Both the position numbers and the translations under genes were made by a program. The notes beneath the pieces are model-generated. The model was given only the letters and a program-made list of their open reading frames with translations, ran no database searches and was not told where the DNA came from. This document shows, in pieces, positions 22,800 through 37,000 of a stretch of DNA of 64,000 nucleotides. Position 1 is the stretch's first letter; each line of letters starts with the position of its first letter. Location of the stretch: the NCBI GenBank assembly GCA_013239625.1, contig MU053881.1, positions 3,226,001 to 3,290,000 of the forward strand, given 5' to 3'. The DNA is from Lama guanicoe (taxonomy: Eukaryota).

Positions 22800-24943
22800 C
22801 GTACAAACCAGAGAGAGGATTTATTTTCATTCCGAGTTTATTTAACATTTCATCCAGTTGAACTGAAATAATACATTGACTCCAACTCTGGCAAGACACG
22901 GTGCTAATACTGAAATCAAAACTGCCAGTCAGTTAACACTTACAGTCGTTAATTCTTTATGTCGTGTTCATAGCAATGTTAATTAACTATTTGCGGTTAC
23001 CAGCGGATTGCACCTCACGTGAACTTTCCTCCAAAAAAAGGTTATTTATTTCAAAGAGATCAGCGAAGATTGCCAATCTTGGCTCAATTTGTTCCTTTTT
23101 ATAAACCACAATTCGACGCTACAGTTCGTATTTCTCTATAAAAGCATCAGGAGTCGGAAACTTCAGTAAATAGTGTTTAAAAAGACACACTTCCAGGCTT
23201 GTCATCCCTTGTGTCATGATGCTTTGGTCCTGTCCTCCTGGTGTGTATTCAAATATCGGTTATTTTGTCAATCTTCCAACTGGTCATAAATTTTTCAATG
23301 AAGGTTAAGATTCTGAGATGGGGCCACCAGTGGACAGGGGAGAGGGATTCTGAGATTAGCTGGGGTGAGCAGGGCAGGCCTCACGGGCTTTAGTTTCTTG
23401 TTAGAAGTGCCCTTGAAGCACCTTGTGGAGGTGTGCCTGGAATTTCCGGCTTTTATCAATTTTTAAAGAGACGCCTCTATAGCAACAAAATACATCCAAG
23501 GCCGGAATGTCATGGGATGGTTTAATAGAGAAACTCTCAACGAGGAAATTCTGGCAGCATAAAGAAAGGCTCAGAGTGGCCCAAAGCTTTGGGTCCATTA
23601 ATCCTTTTAGACAAAACAGAAACACAGACATGAGGCACACCATTCTCGCTTTGTGAGGAAATTCAGGCTGGTCACACTGTCAGGAAAAAATCTGCCAAGA
23701 TTAGTTTCTACATTTTTGTTTTTTCACTTATTAAGTCTCTGAATTACAAGTTGAATCGAGTGGTCTACACTTGATAAAATAACTATTCTGCTTATGCCTT
23801 TGAACCTCGACAGAACTGAAACATCATCTCTGTTTCGTTAAATGTATTATTTGTGAAGCTAACCTGGGTGATGAAAACAGTGGTCCGGGCGTTGGTTATT
23901 CTCACAAGGGGTGGAATGTAATATACAACATTCAAGTAAATGTCACTTAGTCACGGATTCACACGCACACACTGTGTCTGTATCTTTCTGAAAGCCAAAC
24001 AGAGCTACGATGTCACAGAAAGACCTGTAGGTGAACGAACTGCGCACCAGCTTCTACACAACGAAACAGACAAAACAAAACAAAACAAGACAAGAGCAAA
24101 CAAACCAGATTCAAATTAGTCATACTGCACTAGTTTTGGAAAGACTTCCAAAATTTGCCTTTCCAACTAACATTTCAGTTAGTTGACTCGTTGGCTTAAA
24201 TCACTCAATATAAAGCCAACAGGTAAAGGGAAGATTAACACCTTTGCAGGAATGTGAAACAGGATACATTTAAAAGTCAGGCAAAGAAATCCCACCAGCA
24301 ATTCGAAAGCACACAGCTGCTGACAGCGGGGACCTCGCCTCGCGACTGCCTGTTCCTATGACTTTCAGGAGGTATCTGATCTGAAGGAGCTTTTGTCTGT
24401 GAATCCAAGAAACCCATCATCTACTTTGCGATGCTTCCTGCTCAGACTGGGGGCCAGCTGCCCTGAACATGTACAAGTCATTTTTCACAGTTTGGCCTCA
24501 GAGCTTTTGCGTTTCCCCAACTCACTACTGAGACCGCTTTGATTGGAAACAAAAGTGGGAATAACAGTTCAGTGTTTCAAACAGATGTCCTTTCCGCCGA
24601 CTGATAATCAAGTTATTTGTGGAGCAGCTAGTGAACGTCTACTGTATGCCTAGCGGGGCTTTCGAAAACTCCGGGGGAGGGCTGGGACAGTGGCCTTGGA
24701 AAAAGCTGCAGGAAGGGTGCCTCTGTAAATCAGACCGTGATTCAAATGGAAGGGGGCCAACAGGTGGGGGCACCCGGCCCACACCAGGTGCTGCGCTGTA
24801 CACAGCAGCTTGACTCTAAAAGGCTAACGTGGAGCTTTCAAAGGTTTGTGTCACTGGGAGGACCCGGGCTGGTATTCCTCGCCAGCTCGGCTACACCGGG
24901 CTTGTGGTTGGCGGCACCGGCTGAAGGCGTTTCTGCCCCTGCT
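22800..24943 (-). other. SFXN1: SFXN1 3'UTR (approximate end)
   Basis: Apparently repeat-free sequence from the stop codon to paired AATAAA signals. Confidence 0.65.
22820..22842 (-). terminator. Tandem polyadenylation signals AATAAA (22837-22842, 22820-22825)
   Basis: Two TTTATT on the + strand, followed on the minus strand by GU-rich GTTTGTAC...GTTTGTATGTT. Further AATAAA at 23045-23050 and 22304-22309. Confidence 0.65.
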
Positions 24944-25040
24944 TCACAATCCCTTGTTAAAGTACACGCGCTGTAAGTCAGGACGGGTCTCTCGTATCTT
25001 GGCTCGCAGCTCCTCCTCCAGGCTTGTCACGGACATGGAA
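24944..25040 (-). CDS. SFXN1: SFXN1 last coding exon
   Basis: Acceptor tatcccag|T; encodes [31 protein letters not shown] then TGA. Confidence 0.96.
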
Positions 25041-28000
25041 CTGGGATAAGGGACAGACGACATGGTTATTCCACGGGTGGGGGTGGGCATTAGGACGTGA
25101 AGGGAGGAGAGAGGGGACCCCCACCGCCCCCATGACTGGTGCAGAGTCCTGTTGGAAAAACGCTTCGTGTGCCCAGAAAATGAGCACCCTGTGCCTTTCA
25201 GAAAATTGTCACTAAGGACCCAAGAAGTGCACTGAGAGACCCTCTTGACCTCTCCCATTATTAAAAGGCTTAAGCACTCAGCGTTGGCAAGGAAGTATGG
25301 TTGCAGTACGTTCAGGCACTGACAGCATCGCAAAACAATCTGCGGTTATGCCACTTCCCAAGGGAAACAATATAAACGTTCACCACTAACGAAAAAAGAC
25401 AGATGCACTCAGTGGAGTTTTTAGCACTAAAAATTCACTTGCACTAATGTGTTTTTTGTCCACTGTCTAATAAATAATAATGCAACTAATGCTAAAACTT
25501 CTAGAAAATGCTAGAAGGTGCGAGAAAAACCATCTCTTTAGTCACACCACTGAGAATGGCCACTGTGAGTCTTTGCTTTTAGGCATTTAAAAAAATGTAC
25601 TTGAAGGTATTATAGGGGTATGTGTATGAAAGCTTATTTTTTCTTTTTTTTTGGTTATTAATACATACATGTTCTATAAAAGGATGAGGAGAAATTGCCC
25701 AGAGAAACTGCTGACATTCTGACATGTAATTTGTCTTTTGAAAAGAATTGTTCTTTAAGATAGTTGAGACGTGGTAAACTACGAGGTAAAGATTAATAAA
25801 CATATGTCAAAAAAAGGAAAAATTATTGACTATAGAAAGAAACTAAAAAAAACCCCTCCACATTGGCTATTTTTTTTCCCTATGGAGTGGTTCCTTGGGT
25901 AATTTTAAAATAATATGAGAATGATAATGGCTGTGACTTGTTGCTCATTTTGGGGGCCAGACATTACGCATTTCAGTTCTTATAAAGACTCTGAAAGTCA
26001 GGTATTAACCTAGTTTTACAGATAAGGAAACCGGAGTTACACCTGAGATGTGAAGTCCGGTCTAGCTCGACCCGGAAGCCACGCCCCAAACCAACGGGCT
26101 ACACTGTGTCTCTGTCCTTGCAGGTTTCCATTGATCTGTAAGTATGTACAATTACTACTGATATAATTTAAAGGACAAATCCGATTTTGGAATTAAAGTT
26201 ACTCAAACCCTAATGGATGATGGAGAGTGGTCTCTTTTTTTTATCTTCTAGGAGAGTTTTAAAAAATTGGAATAATCTGTTTCTTGACACTTGAGTAATC
26301 CTCCCCTGTAAAACCACCTGGTTCTTGTGTTTTCCTTGTGGGGAGAAGTTTAACGATCACTGCAACTTCCTTCACGGCTGGAGGCCAATGCAGACTTTCT
26401 AATTTTTCAGCTTTGATAATACATTTCTAGGAATTCGTCCATTTTGCCTGTTTTCACATCTACTGTGTGATAATGTTGGTAACACTCTCCTATCTTTTCA
26501 ATCTCTGCTGGATCTATGTAGTTTCGCCTTTTTTTCATTTATAATTATCATTGTGCCTTTTGGTTTTGATTGACATCATAAGATAATTGTCTACTTTGTT
26601 TCTATTTTCAAAGGATCAACTTCGACTTTGTGGACCCTCAAGTGTTTCTTTATTATCTGTTTGACTTATTTATGGTCTTAACCTCCTTCTTTTTTCTGTC
26701 TCTGGAGTTTATTTTTATTTATCTTTTTAAAATTAAGTTGGACATTTACTGCATTGATTTTCAGCCATTTTTTCTCTCTAATAGGAACATTTAAGTCTAC
26801 AAACTTCTCTCAAAGCAACCCTTTTGCTGCTTCCTACAGGTTTTGCTAAGAGTGTTTTCGTTTCGTCTCATTCACGTAGGAGAATGGATAATTGTGGTGT
26901 ATTCATACAGTGGCTAACACACAGCAGAGAATGAGCTGCAACTCCATGCAATAATGGGGAGGGATCTTAGTCCTATGATGTTGAACAAAAGGAATATGAC
27001 ACTCTTCTCTGAAAGGTTCCCACGGAGGCAAAACTAAACACCACCATAAGACTCATGCTTATATACGATGATGGTAAGTTTTCAGTGCAACTGCATGACC
27101 AGCATGAAATTCATCCCCGTGATTAAATCTGCAGGGGAGGCAGGGAGAAGGGCTGGAAGAACTCAGGGATAGATATAACCTATTGGCAACAGTTTTATTC
27201 ATGGGTTGGGCAGCGGATTCCTGAATGGTCATTATTTCATTAAAATCAATAAAATAAAAGAGGGTCCTTTTTGGACCAATGAGGACAGCGTGTTACAAAC
27301 CAAGGGATATGATTACTCTACCGAACTAGTGAGGGACAGAAATATAAACAAACGTACAAACAAATGTGTACACGAAATAACCAGACTCATAGCCTTTGTT
27401 TTTAAATAGAGGAAGACGAGAGAGAGTCCTTGGTCTCCGAAACGTAAAACCATGTGACTTCATGGCACTAGCAGGTACAGAGATCTTTGAATTTCTAGAC
27501 CTAGAGTTCACTCCGTAAAACAAATATCAGAATGAATATATTGCTTTTTCTCCTAACACTTAAACAAAATCAAGGCCATGAAACCACCACCACAATCAAG
27601 ATAGCTCACATTTCCATCACTCCCCAAGAGGTGCAAATTTCGAACTCCTGCTTTATCCCTTCCCACAATTTTCATTCTTTTAATCTCAAAATAAGAACAG
27701 CCAGCTATCAGGCGTGCTCCTCAGGACTTCACAGACACTATCTCTGTCACTGAGTTCAAAGTCAAGTGCTAAATGCAGATATTCCAAAGTTATGCACTCA
27801 AGAAATAAGTTTTTCTGTTATGAAGCCCCAAGATTCTGGGGTTTGCACAATGAGATGGGTAGGCGTGCTCCTCTTTAGATGAGGAAATTCATCTGTGCTG
27901 GGCCTGAACACAGATTCTGAGGGTCCTGCCCTCCCCAAGGGCGGGGCTTGGCTATAGGCATCAAAGTGATAAAGGCTCCTTCTCTTTCAAATTTGTCCAG

Positions 28001-31000
28001 TGAAAGATCAGATAAAAGATGGCATTCAGAGGGACCTGATGGAGCTAGTTCTGGAGCAGAACGCCTCATCTCAAACCTGCACAAACGCCCAGGGCATGAA
28101 AGGCCACACGCTGGGGACCCGCCGGCCACGGAGGATATTACAAAGGCAGGGGCCTAGTGACACAAACCACAGCAAAACACAAAATGCTGCTTCTCTGCGC
28201 CGTGATGTTAGACTGGAAGGCGGCGGAAGCCCTCTGTTTATAGGATGCTGATTTAGTGCCCGTCCATCCAGTTCTTACATCAAAGGCAGGATTCAAAGGC
28301 AGCTGGTGATGAAAGACCAGTGTACAATAAAGCTTCTGAGGCAAAACAAAGCAAAACAAAAACTCCGCATAGGAGAAGTGGGGAAGCAAACAGACCAACC
28401 ACTGAAGGTAAGTGCATGTAACTGCCGTCCCTGGGGGTGGAGCTGAAGTTCTAATACAACTGCACGGTAGTGTGCCTTGGCCACGGGACCGGACAACAAA
28501 CGAACCATATTTAAATTTTTATAAAAGCAAATTTGCACCCGAGCTAACCTGAGTCTTAACACAAGAATAAAGCATTTTTGAAGGTATCAGTAGCAGAGAA
28601 GAGCCGGGCAAAGAGGGTTTTGAAATTCAACAAATGTGCGTTTGATTTCTGCCTCTGTCTCTGCCTTCTAGAGACTTGGTTTCAATTATCGTTTTGAGAG
28701 TCAACTTTCCTAGTAGTGAAACGGACCCGCACCTTCAACTGGATTTTAAGATCAGAACTCACGATTATTCTAAAGAATAACAAATACATACCTTTTCTGA
28801 GGAAACAGAGCGCAGCACAGAGGCGTAGCAAATACCAAGCTTAAAAACAAAGAAACAAGAGACAAATCACAGCATTTTGAAATGGCTGATTTTCAGATTC
28901 TTTCTCCATTTTACTTTTATAACAATTCTCTTCCTTCCTTCCTTCCTTCCTTCCTCCCTTCCTTTTCTTTCTTTTGAGTGTTACATTGCTTCACAAAAAT
29001 ATGTCCTGTTCGTGTGATTTTATTACCAGTGACGGTCAAAATAATTTTTTAAAAAATCAAAGAGATAAAAGGACTTCAAAAAAGAATCACGCCAATTGCC
29101 CTAAAATGTTGTAGGTTTCTCTAAAAACAATTTACTTCCAGCTGAGTTACTGGGACCATGAGTTCCAGATGTTTTGGGGATGGTCTGACATTTTTCAAGT
29201 GTATCCCAGGGAGGGTACAGCTCAGTGGTAGAGCACGTGCTTAGCACGCACGAGGTCTTGGGTTCAATCCCCAGCACCTTCATTAAAAAAAAATAAATAA
29301 AATAAATGACTAAATAAATGAGTATAAGAAAAAAGCTTGTGTCCCATGTCATCCACCCTTTCCCTCACCTTTCATATACCGTGTATTTCTCTTTGACAGA
29401 GAAATTAATGACATCAAAGTCACTCTACTCACCAGAAGCCAACCAGTCCAACCTGGATGGGGGCGCTCATCCACGGGAACCTCTGTGTTGAGAGAGAAAT
29501 GATTTTGAATAACTCACATAGAGGCTCTGAGAGACCGCCTCTTCTGCTGGGAAACCGGAAGGAGCCACGCCCCATTACAAGATCCGGCTGGAATGCGATT
29601 AGTGAGATGCGGCCGTAACACGCCAACAAGCCCGTTAGTCCTGACTTCCCGGTCCCCTCCTTGATCTGTCGCTGGACGCACATGCAAAGCTCAGGAGGCT
29701 TCTCCTTTTGTTCCCCTGCACGTATCATCTGAGAGCTGCCTGGCTGTCTCTGGGAGCTGGAGAAACCATTATCGCTTCGCGATAGTTTCTCTCGTAGCCG
29801 GGGAGGCAGGGCGGTCTGGTTCCAAGGCTGGAAGACTAACGAACCCGCACGCAGCTCTCTGCCCTACCAGCTCATCCCGACCGACCGTGGGGAAAGGGCA
29901 GACGGAGCCCAACCTCTCCAGGCTTTGGTCTCCTTCTCTGTAGGGTGGGGATCACCACAGCATCCTCAAAGCTTGCAAGTGAAGATGCACCAGATAACAT
30001 TCACACAGCCCCTAGCACCGTGCCTGGACCGTAGCAGATGCCCAACGAGCACCCCGCCCCACCTGCCCTCCTCTGTGCCTCTCCTTTCGTGGTTTTAGTT
30101 GCTGTCAGCATGGTTAAAACTCTTGCTGGCATAACACATTTTTGCTGATCACTTTTTTTTTAATGGAAATGAATGAGTTCGTTGGTGTTTTGGAGAACAC
30201 GTGCATTAGATTTTTAGTTTTCAAAAAGGAGTTTTAAAAAGGTGTAATACACAATTGAAAGAGGGATGAGGTCTCTAGATTACTCTAAATCAGGCCACTG
30301 AACTAGCTGCGACCGAGCTGTGAATCGGTTGTAAGGAAATCAGCCAACTTAGTTAAGAGTCAACACAAGCTGTGAAAAAACCATGATTCCACGGCGGCCC
30401 GCGTCAGAGGCGTACCCTGGTCCCCGAGGAGGCTCCTCTGGCGAAAGGGTACATCGCGCAGGTTAACGTGAGGGGAGGGAGGCACGGGCTAGAGAGGAAG
30501 GGAGAAACGTTGATGAGCAGAGACACACACAGTGTCACCCCTCAAAGGACAGCAAGGAGAGGAAACCTGTATCTGGGGCAACTGGCTCTGGACCGATGAT
30601 GAAGGATTTTCACAAGGAGATGGGAAATCCTTCTCCCAGCACCTCCCCGTGTGCCCTCTGCGCGGGTCCACAGACTTGGTGACGGGTACTGATGGGATCT
30701 TGTGGGAAGACGAGCCCACGAGAGCCCGTGAGAGCAGCCTCTCACTTCAAGTGGACTCTTGAACAGCTGTGTGTGATCTCAACGATGGACGTGTCCAAAC
30801 GAAAGGCTGGCGGCGGCTTTGCTGGAAAGGCTCTCAGCAATGACTGGGATCCTACAGAATTCTGACGTCTCCCGTGAGCCCCAACCTGCATGTCATCCCT
30901 CCTCCCGACTCCCTCCCCAGCACCGCATCCTGCCTCATCCTTCCCGACTTCTTCAACAGGACTGAGTCTGAGAATACACGAGCGAGCTAACGATGTGTGG

Positions 31001-34000
31001 TTTTCCCCTAGATAACCTCAGAGCTCCTTCAAGTAGGGACCTTACAGACTCGTGCAAACGGAGGGTATTCGAAATGAAAAGTTTAAATGAATTAAAGACA
31101 GGAATTGTAAGTTTAAAAGACATATCTTCAAAGAGGTAAAAACTACAAAAAGTTAATTTGACTCTCGATTCTTTCTCCTCCCGATGATCTTTTCACGAAT
31201 AGCTTTCCAACATACAATAAACTGCACAGATTCACTGTGTACAAGTTTTGACATATGTCTTCAGCTGTGAAGCCATCACCACGATCAAAATAATGAACAC
31301 GTCCATCATCCCTAATGTCTTCCTTATTCCTCGTGCCCTGGGCTATTCCGCCGTCTTCCCTACACCGCAGGGTCACCCGCTCCCTGGCAACCTCTCATCT
31401 ACTTTCTGTCACTATGTATTAGTTCCTACTTTCTAGGATTACATATAGAGTAGCTACTGTCTTGGGTAATTATTCTGAGATTCATTCCTGTGGTTGTGTG
31501 CATCCAGAGCTCAGCACTTTTTGTTGCTGAGTTAGGTGTTCCCTTGTGTGGATTCATGACAATCAGATCAATCCATCCTCTTGTTGATGAACATCTGGCT
31601 TATTTCCAGTCTTTGGCAATTGCAAATAAAGCCGCTGCGAACATCTGGCTTTTATGGACTTGCGTTCTCATTTCTTCTAGGCAGATCCCTAGGAGTGAAA
31701 TGGCTGGGTCACATGGTAAGCTTCTGTTTCACTTTTTAAGAAACTGGCAAACTATAAGATTTGACATTCTCACCAGCAGGGGATGAGAGTTCCAGTTCCT
31801 CCACATCCTCATCAACACTTGTTATGGTCAGTCTTTTAAATTTTAGTCATTCTGACAAGCATTTCGTGGCAGCTAACATGGTTTTAATTTGAATTTCCCC
31901 AATGACTAAAGACACCGAGCATCTTCCCACGTGCGTATTTGACATCTGTATATATTTGGTGAAATGTCTGTGCAAACCTTTTGCCCATTTTTTTTTTTAA
32001 TTGGGTTGTTTTCTTGAACAAGTGTTGAGAGATCTTTATGTATTCTGGATACAAGTCATTTATCAGATATGTTCTTTGCATACATTTTCTCCCAGTCTGT
32101 TGTGTGAATGTTCATTTTCTTCGTAGCTTTCCAAGAACAGAATTTTACCATTTGGATTGAGTACAGAGGTGGGGTGTACTTGTTCGTTTATATATTTTAG
32201 TCAGTTTGTCAGTTTTTCTTTTTATGGGCGGGCTTTCAGTGTTGTGTCAAAAAAAAATCTTTGCCCAACTCTAGGTCTCAAAGAGGTTCTATTATATTTT
32301 CCTTTTAGGAGTTTGACAGTTGTAGTTTTCTTTATATTGAGATTTTATGGACCACTGGGAGTTGATTTTTATATATGGCACCTTCAGTTCCTGACACACG
32401 GCCAGCATCCCAGGCAACCTGACCATCCACAAGTCTCCCTGTACGTCACCCTCTGTGTCTTCTCGGAGCCTCTGCAGAGCATGTGCCCCCGGCCAGTCCT
32501 CTTCCAGCCTCTGCCCACCAACTGCAACTGAGGGAGAAGCCTCCTGTACGTTTCCTCCGTGCCCCACACTGTACTCACTGTGTCCTGGAACCACTTGCCC
32601 TGTGGCTCTCCCCACCACCGTGCTTCATGGTCCCTGAGAGCAGGGCTCATGCCCTATTTCTACGATTCTAGCACCTAGCACATTGCTTGGCATGCAACAG
32701 GCATTCGGCAGAGGGCTACTGAATAAAATATATAAATGAACAAATAAACGCCACCTCTACACTCAGTCAGCAGACAATCCTGGAAATCTACTGAGTAGTC
32801 AGAGCCGTCCACCTTTATTAAGGAAAATATGAAAAGAACCAGGGGTTAAGAAATGAGGGGCCCTTATCTGACCCAAACCACATCAGCTTTATTCTCAATG
32901 AAAATGCCAGTAAGGTAAAGAGAACATGGAAGCTATTCTTCAAGAAAACTGCTGGGCGAAGCAGCAGATTTTAAGCAGGGAACTTTCTGGTTGACTGCAC
33001 AGATTTCCGTGAGTCACCTGCCTCCAGCGAACGCCACCTCCCAGGGCTCCATTTGGGAAAAGACAAGGCGTAGGGCGGAAGGATGAGTCATTCCAAGGCC
33101 TCCCCAAGTGCACCGTTGAAAAAAAGCCAAGAACATTCAATTCATTTCATGTTTGCAGAGGAGTTTGGTCTTGTCCAAGGTAGAAGCCCAGATCAGTGCA
33201 CCCTTGCACAGAGGTGCATCTGGGCGCTGGAGCTGGGGACAGAGGGCTGACCACCGAGGCAGATGCCACCCACATGGACCTTACGAGCTGCTGAGGAGAT
33301 GATCGCTGAGCTTCTGTCAAAGGGGCCAGGAAAAAGCCTGCCTTTCAAGATAGCACGTGACAGTGCTTTGCAGGTGGAAATGCATGCAGGATGCACATCT
33401 AAGCAGCCTCTGCCTGGGTTTTCGTCACGGCACACTACCGATTAAGTCCAAAAGTTTTCTCTTCATGGGCAAAATGCAGTATTTCGGTCTGACAGCAACC
33501 ATGAACATGGCAGTGGGATGTACGTCTGAGGAGCTCAACCACATTCAGCTGTTGCTTTTTCAAAGCAGCATCCTCCACGGAGGCTGGAATGAGTTCAACT
33601 GTAACCAGAACCTATGGAGCTAGTGAGGCGCTGGGACTGCCTGGTGAGCTGCTCCGCCGGCCTCTCCCAACCTTGACACGGGGCTTCTGATGCCAGTGGC
33701 CCCTTCAGGCTCCACGTGAGACCCTTCGGGAGGTGGGGGGAGGGCAGAGGGGGAGTGAGGTAGCACACCTCCAAATTATTATTCATGCGTCTGGTTCCAA
33801 AGCAAAGCTGAAAGTCACCAACTAAGCCGAGGGAGGAAAACACAGTATTTACTCATTTACGATTGTGAAAAAGCCAAGGGCAGTGCGGCGATGGCAGGCC
33901 AGCTGCTTGGATCATCTGCTGGTTGCTTCATGTAAGAAAACGCCAGGCTGTATTTGTAGCAATTTCTGTCTGTGTCTCCGCAAGAAAATGATGCGATATG

Positions 34001-37000
34001 CCCAACTACGTCTTCTGTCACCAAGTGTTTGTCACCAAGGTATTAGAGGACAACCTGTGCAACAACATACGCCCTGGCAGAAGTACTGCCACCCCAGTGA
34101 CTTCTCAAGGGCCAGCAGAGAAGAGCACAGGGCATCAGTTCAATGCCTGTGAAGTTGCGGGTTTACCGGATGGGCCACTTCCTCCTAGCGTCACGCTGAT
34201 GGTCCCCACTGGAAGTTCACTTGACAGGTTTCTCCCTCAAAGCCTAAATCACTTCCCATGAGGAAAGCAGCGACGGACAGAGGAAGGAGCATTATCATCG
34301 TCACTATTTTCAGATTGTCTGAAAACCACTGAGATGTCAAGGTGGGTGAGTTCTAGATGTTTATGTAATACGGTAGTCTTACGATCTCGTCACCGTCCCA
34401 GCACATAAGCGAATTCCTTGGCAGCTTTAAAGAGCTCATCTTTTCTGAACTTTGCAGCAGAAAGAGACGTCGGCAAGATCTTTTCCTGGATCCTCAAAAT
34501 AAGAGCTTACCCAAGTAGGTGAAATGTCAAATGAGGTCACCATGACATTTTGGTCTTCAGGAATAGCTGTACTGATTAACTGTATGTAACTGTTTCACAG
34601 TTCTGTTTAATCTTACAGCTAAGGCTCTAGGAAGCCACCCGGGAGTTGGACGGGGACTCAGAGAGCTTTTGAGTGTGCAGCTTCATGGGGTGGCCCAGGG
34701 GTCTGTGGATTCCCCCGAAAACACTCTACCGAGCGATGGGGCAGTTCAGTCACCACAGTGCTACTGTGACACCCGATCGCACAAGTCACATCGCCATGTA
34801 AAACTGCAGGAGGAAGAAGCTCAGGGAATAGACTTCGTTCACACACCCAAAGCTCCCGAGGAAGAGCATGAGGGGGTGATGTAAGGGGGTCTTCTCCCTC
34901 CCACAGGGGTCGGTGCATCAACACGAAACCACCTGGGCACGCTGGTCAATCAAGGCTCTCAACATTTACTGCTTCTTCAAAGCACCCTTTCTTGGCTTAC
35001 TCTTCTAAGAATGTAATTGTGCTGGAAGTATTCAGGGTGAGCCTTAATCTTCCTTCTGGAGCCCACAGGGAGCAGACAAGCCCATGAACATGCCTGTTGG
35101 ACATTGAGAATTTTCCTAATCCCTGAAATCATTCAGAAAGCGCAGGCTGTGACCCATGTCCTTTGTTATTCAAAGTCCCATTGTGTCCCCTCAATGTTAC
35201 AGTTTGGTTTCTAAGACCCAAAACAATTCACCCCAAGAGGGCTGGAGTGTTCACCCCACATGCCTGCTCCTCCAGCCGGAGCCGGACCCATCCCTCCTGG
35301 TAGGTGTAACGGTGTCTGTTTCCAAACCCAGCATGAGCCCTATCCCGCCGCTTCCTACTTGCTATAAAAGCTGGAGTATGAAAGGTGAAGCATAAACACT
35401 ATTGCACTGAATCACAGAAGCTACAAAAAGAATACAGACAGTGCATAGAGATGTCTTAGTCTTAACATCACAGCTTCATCCTGTAATATTTTTCAGACCT
35501 CGAGGGGAGACGGCTGATAGATTAATGGATTGTTAGATACGATCACCACAGAAAGATACATCGGGGCACTAAATTCCGTGCTCTCGGAGGCTACCACTCC
35601 AAATTACTTTTTCCTTTCTGATAGTATGTATAGTGACTTACAAACGAATCATTCCAAACATGCCCCATCTTTTCATTATTACCCAGCTAGGGATCCGACT
35701 GGTGACTGAGATGAGTGTGTACCTGAGCATTAACCTCTGAAGAGAAGTGGGCAGTATTCAGTAAATGAAGGTTTGTGAGAGCTTTATCAAATGCCTGGTA
35801 TTAGAAATGAAGTCTTCCATGAAGTGCCCAACTGCCACTGGCCTTTCCGTCCTTTGCTCACTTTTTACCTGGGAAACACTCTGCATAGTTAGAAGTCTGA
35901 AAACGGAGGGGAAGGATGGAGACCCTGATAAACAGAAATGGGACTTACCTTGAGAAAGGCTTTCTTTTCCAAAGTGTTCATGATAAACGGCGGGATGGCT
36001 GGAAGGAAAGAAAGATCCACTTAATTCCTCATTAATGTCTATTTTCAGCTCAGATTTTTTTTTTCCCTCAACAATTTCACAAAAGGATCCTATTACTTTT
36101 AGGTTAGTTTCACACTGGTGGGGTAAAATTAATTGCAATTATTCCTTAAAATACCTTTGTATTAAAAAAAAAATCCACTGTTTCTACTCTCTAGATTTTG
36201 GAAGAAGAATGCAGTGCTTTTTGCTGGCCAGAAAATTTTATACTCCTGGAGAGAACTTTACATTGAACATTAAATGTGCAACAGTACAAACATTGGGGAC
36301 TTTCCCCACCTAAACCTATGAAACAAATGCAACCTTGCCCAGGTGTCCATTCCGTGTGGGGCAGAGTATATAGATTCCTGCCTTGAGTCAGGCAGACCAC
36401 CTGCTAGGTGGATGATCCTGGAAAAGCTCCCTCACCTTGCTTAGCCTCAGTTTTCTGTTTTCCTTGTCTATAAAACAGGGATAACTATTATCAAATTGGC
36501 CAGGATGAGTAGATACAATAATGCATTAAAAAAATAATGCACGTAGGCAGCATTAGCTCATTTACTCATGACTCAGACTCAACTATCACATCAACTGCTT
36601 CAATATGTCAGTTACCTTGTGGATTTCACTGGGACAGAAAGACTGTTTCTTCCTCAGGGGCTAGATAAATGTTTAAAGTAACCAAGCCACTGGGCACAAA
36701 CGCATTGGGCTTACCGAACTCCCAAGAGGAGCCTCGTTTTTCAAAATGGGAAAGAACAAAACCAAAAGCCAGCCCAGGGGAGATGCCAGGATTGCCACCT
36801 GGATTTCAGCAAGTCTGGAAGGCTGGGCTCAGCGGGCGTGACGACGTGCTGGTCCCGGACTAAGGGGACTTGGGACCTGCACTTCACAACGGTGGTTTCC
36901 ATGGTTCACCCACCCTCCACAGGGCACATCACTACCTCACAGGGGCACCGGGGTGTTTCTTTGTTAAATCATTTAATGGCGGTTAAATCATGTAACTGGG

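Noticed and set aside
23960..23985. IRE-like C-N5-CAGUGU in the SFXN1 3'UTR, tempting given sideroflexin links to iron
   Set aside because: The upper stem AGACA cannot pair with the following GUGCG.
29209..29282. tRNA-Ala(AGC)-like sequences here and at six other sites
   Set aside because: A-rich tails, TSDs and stem mismatches identify them as SINEs rather than tRNA genes.
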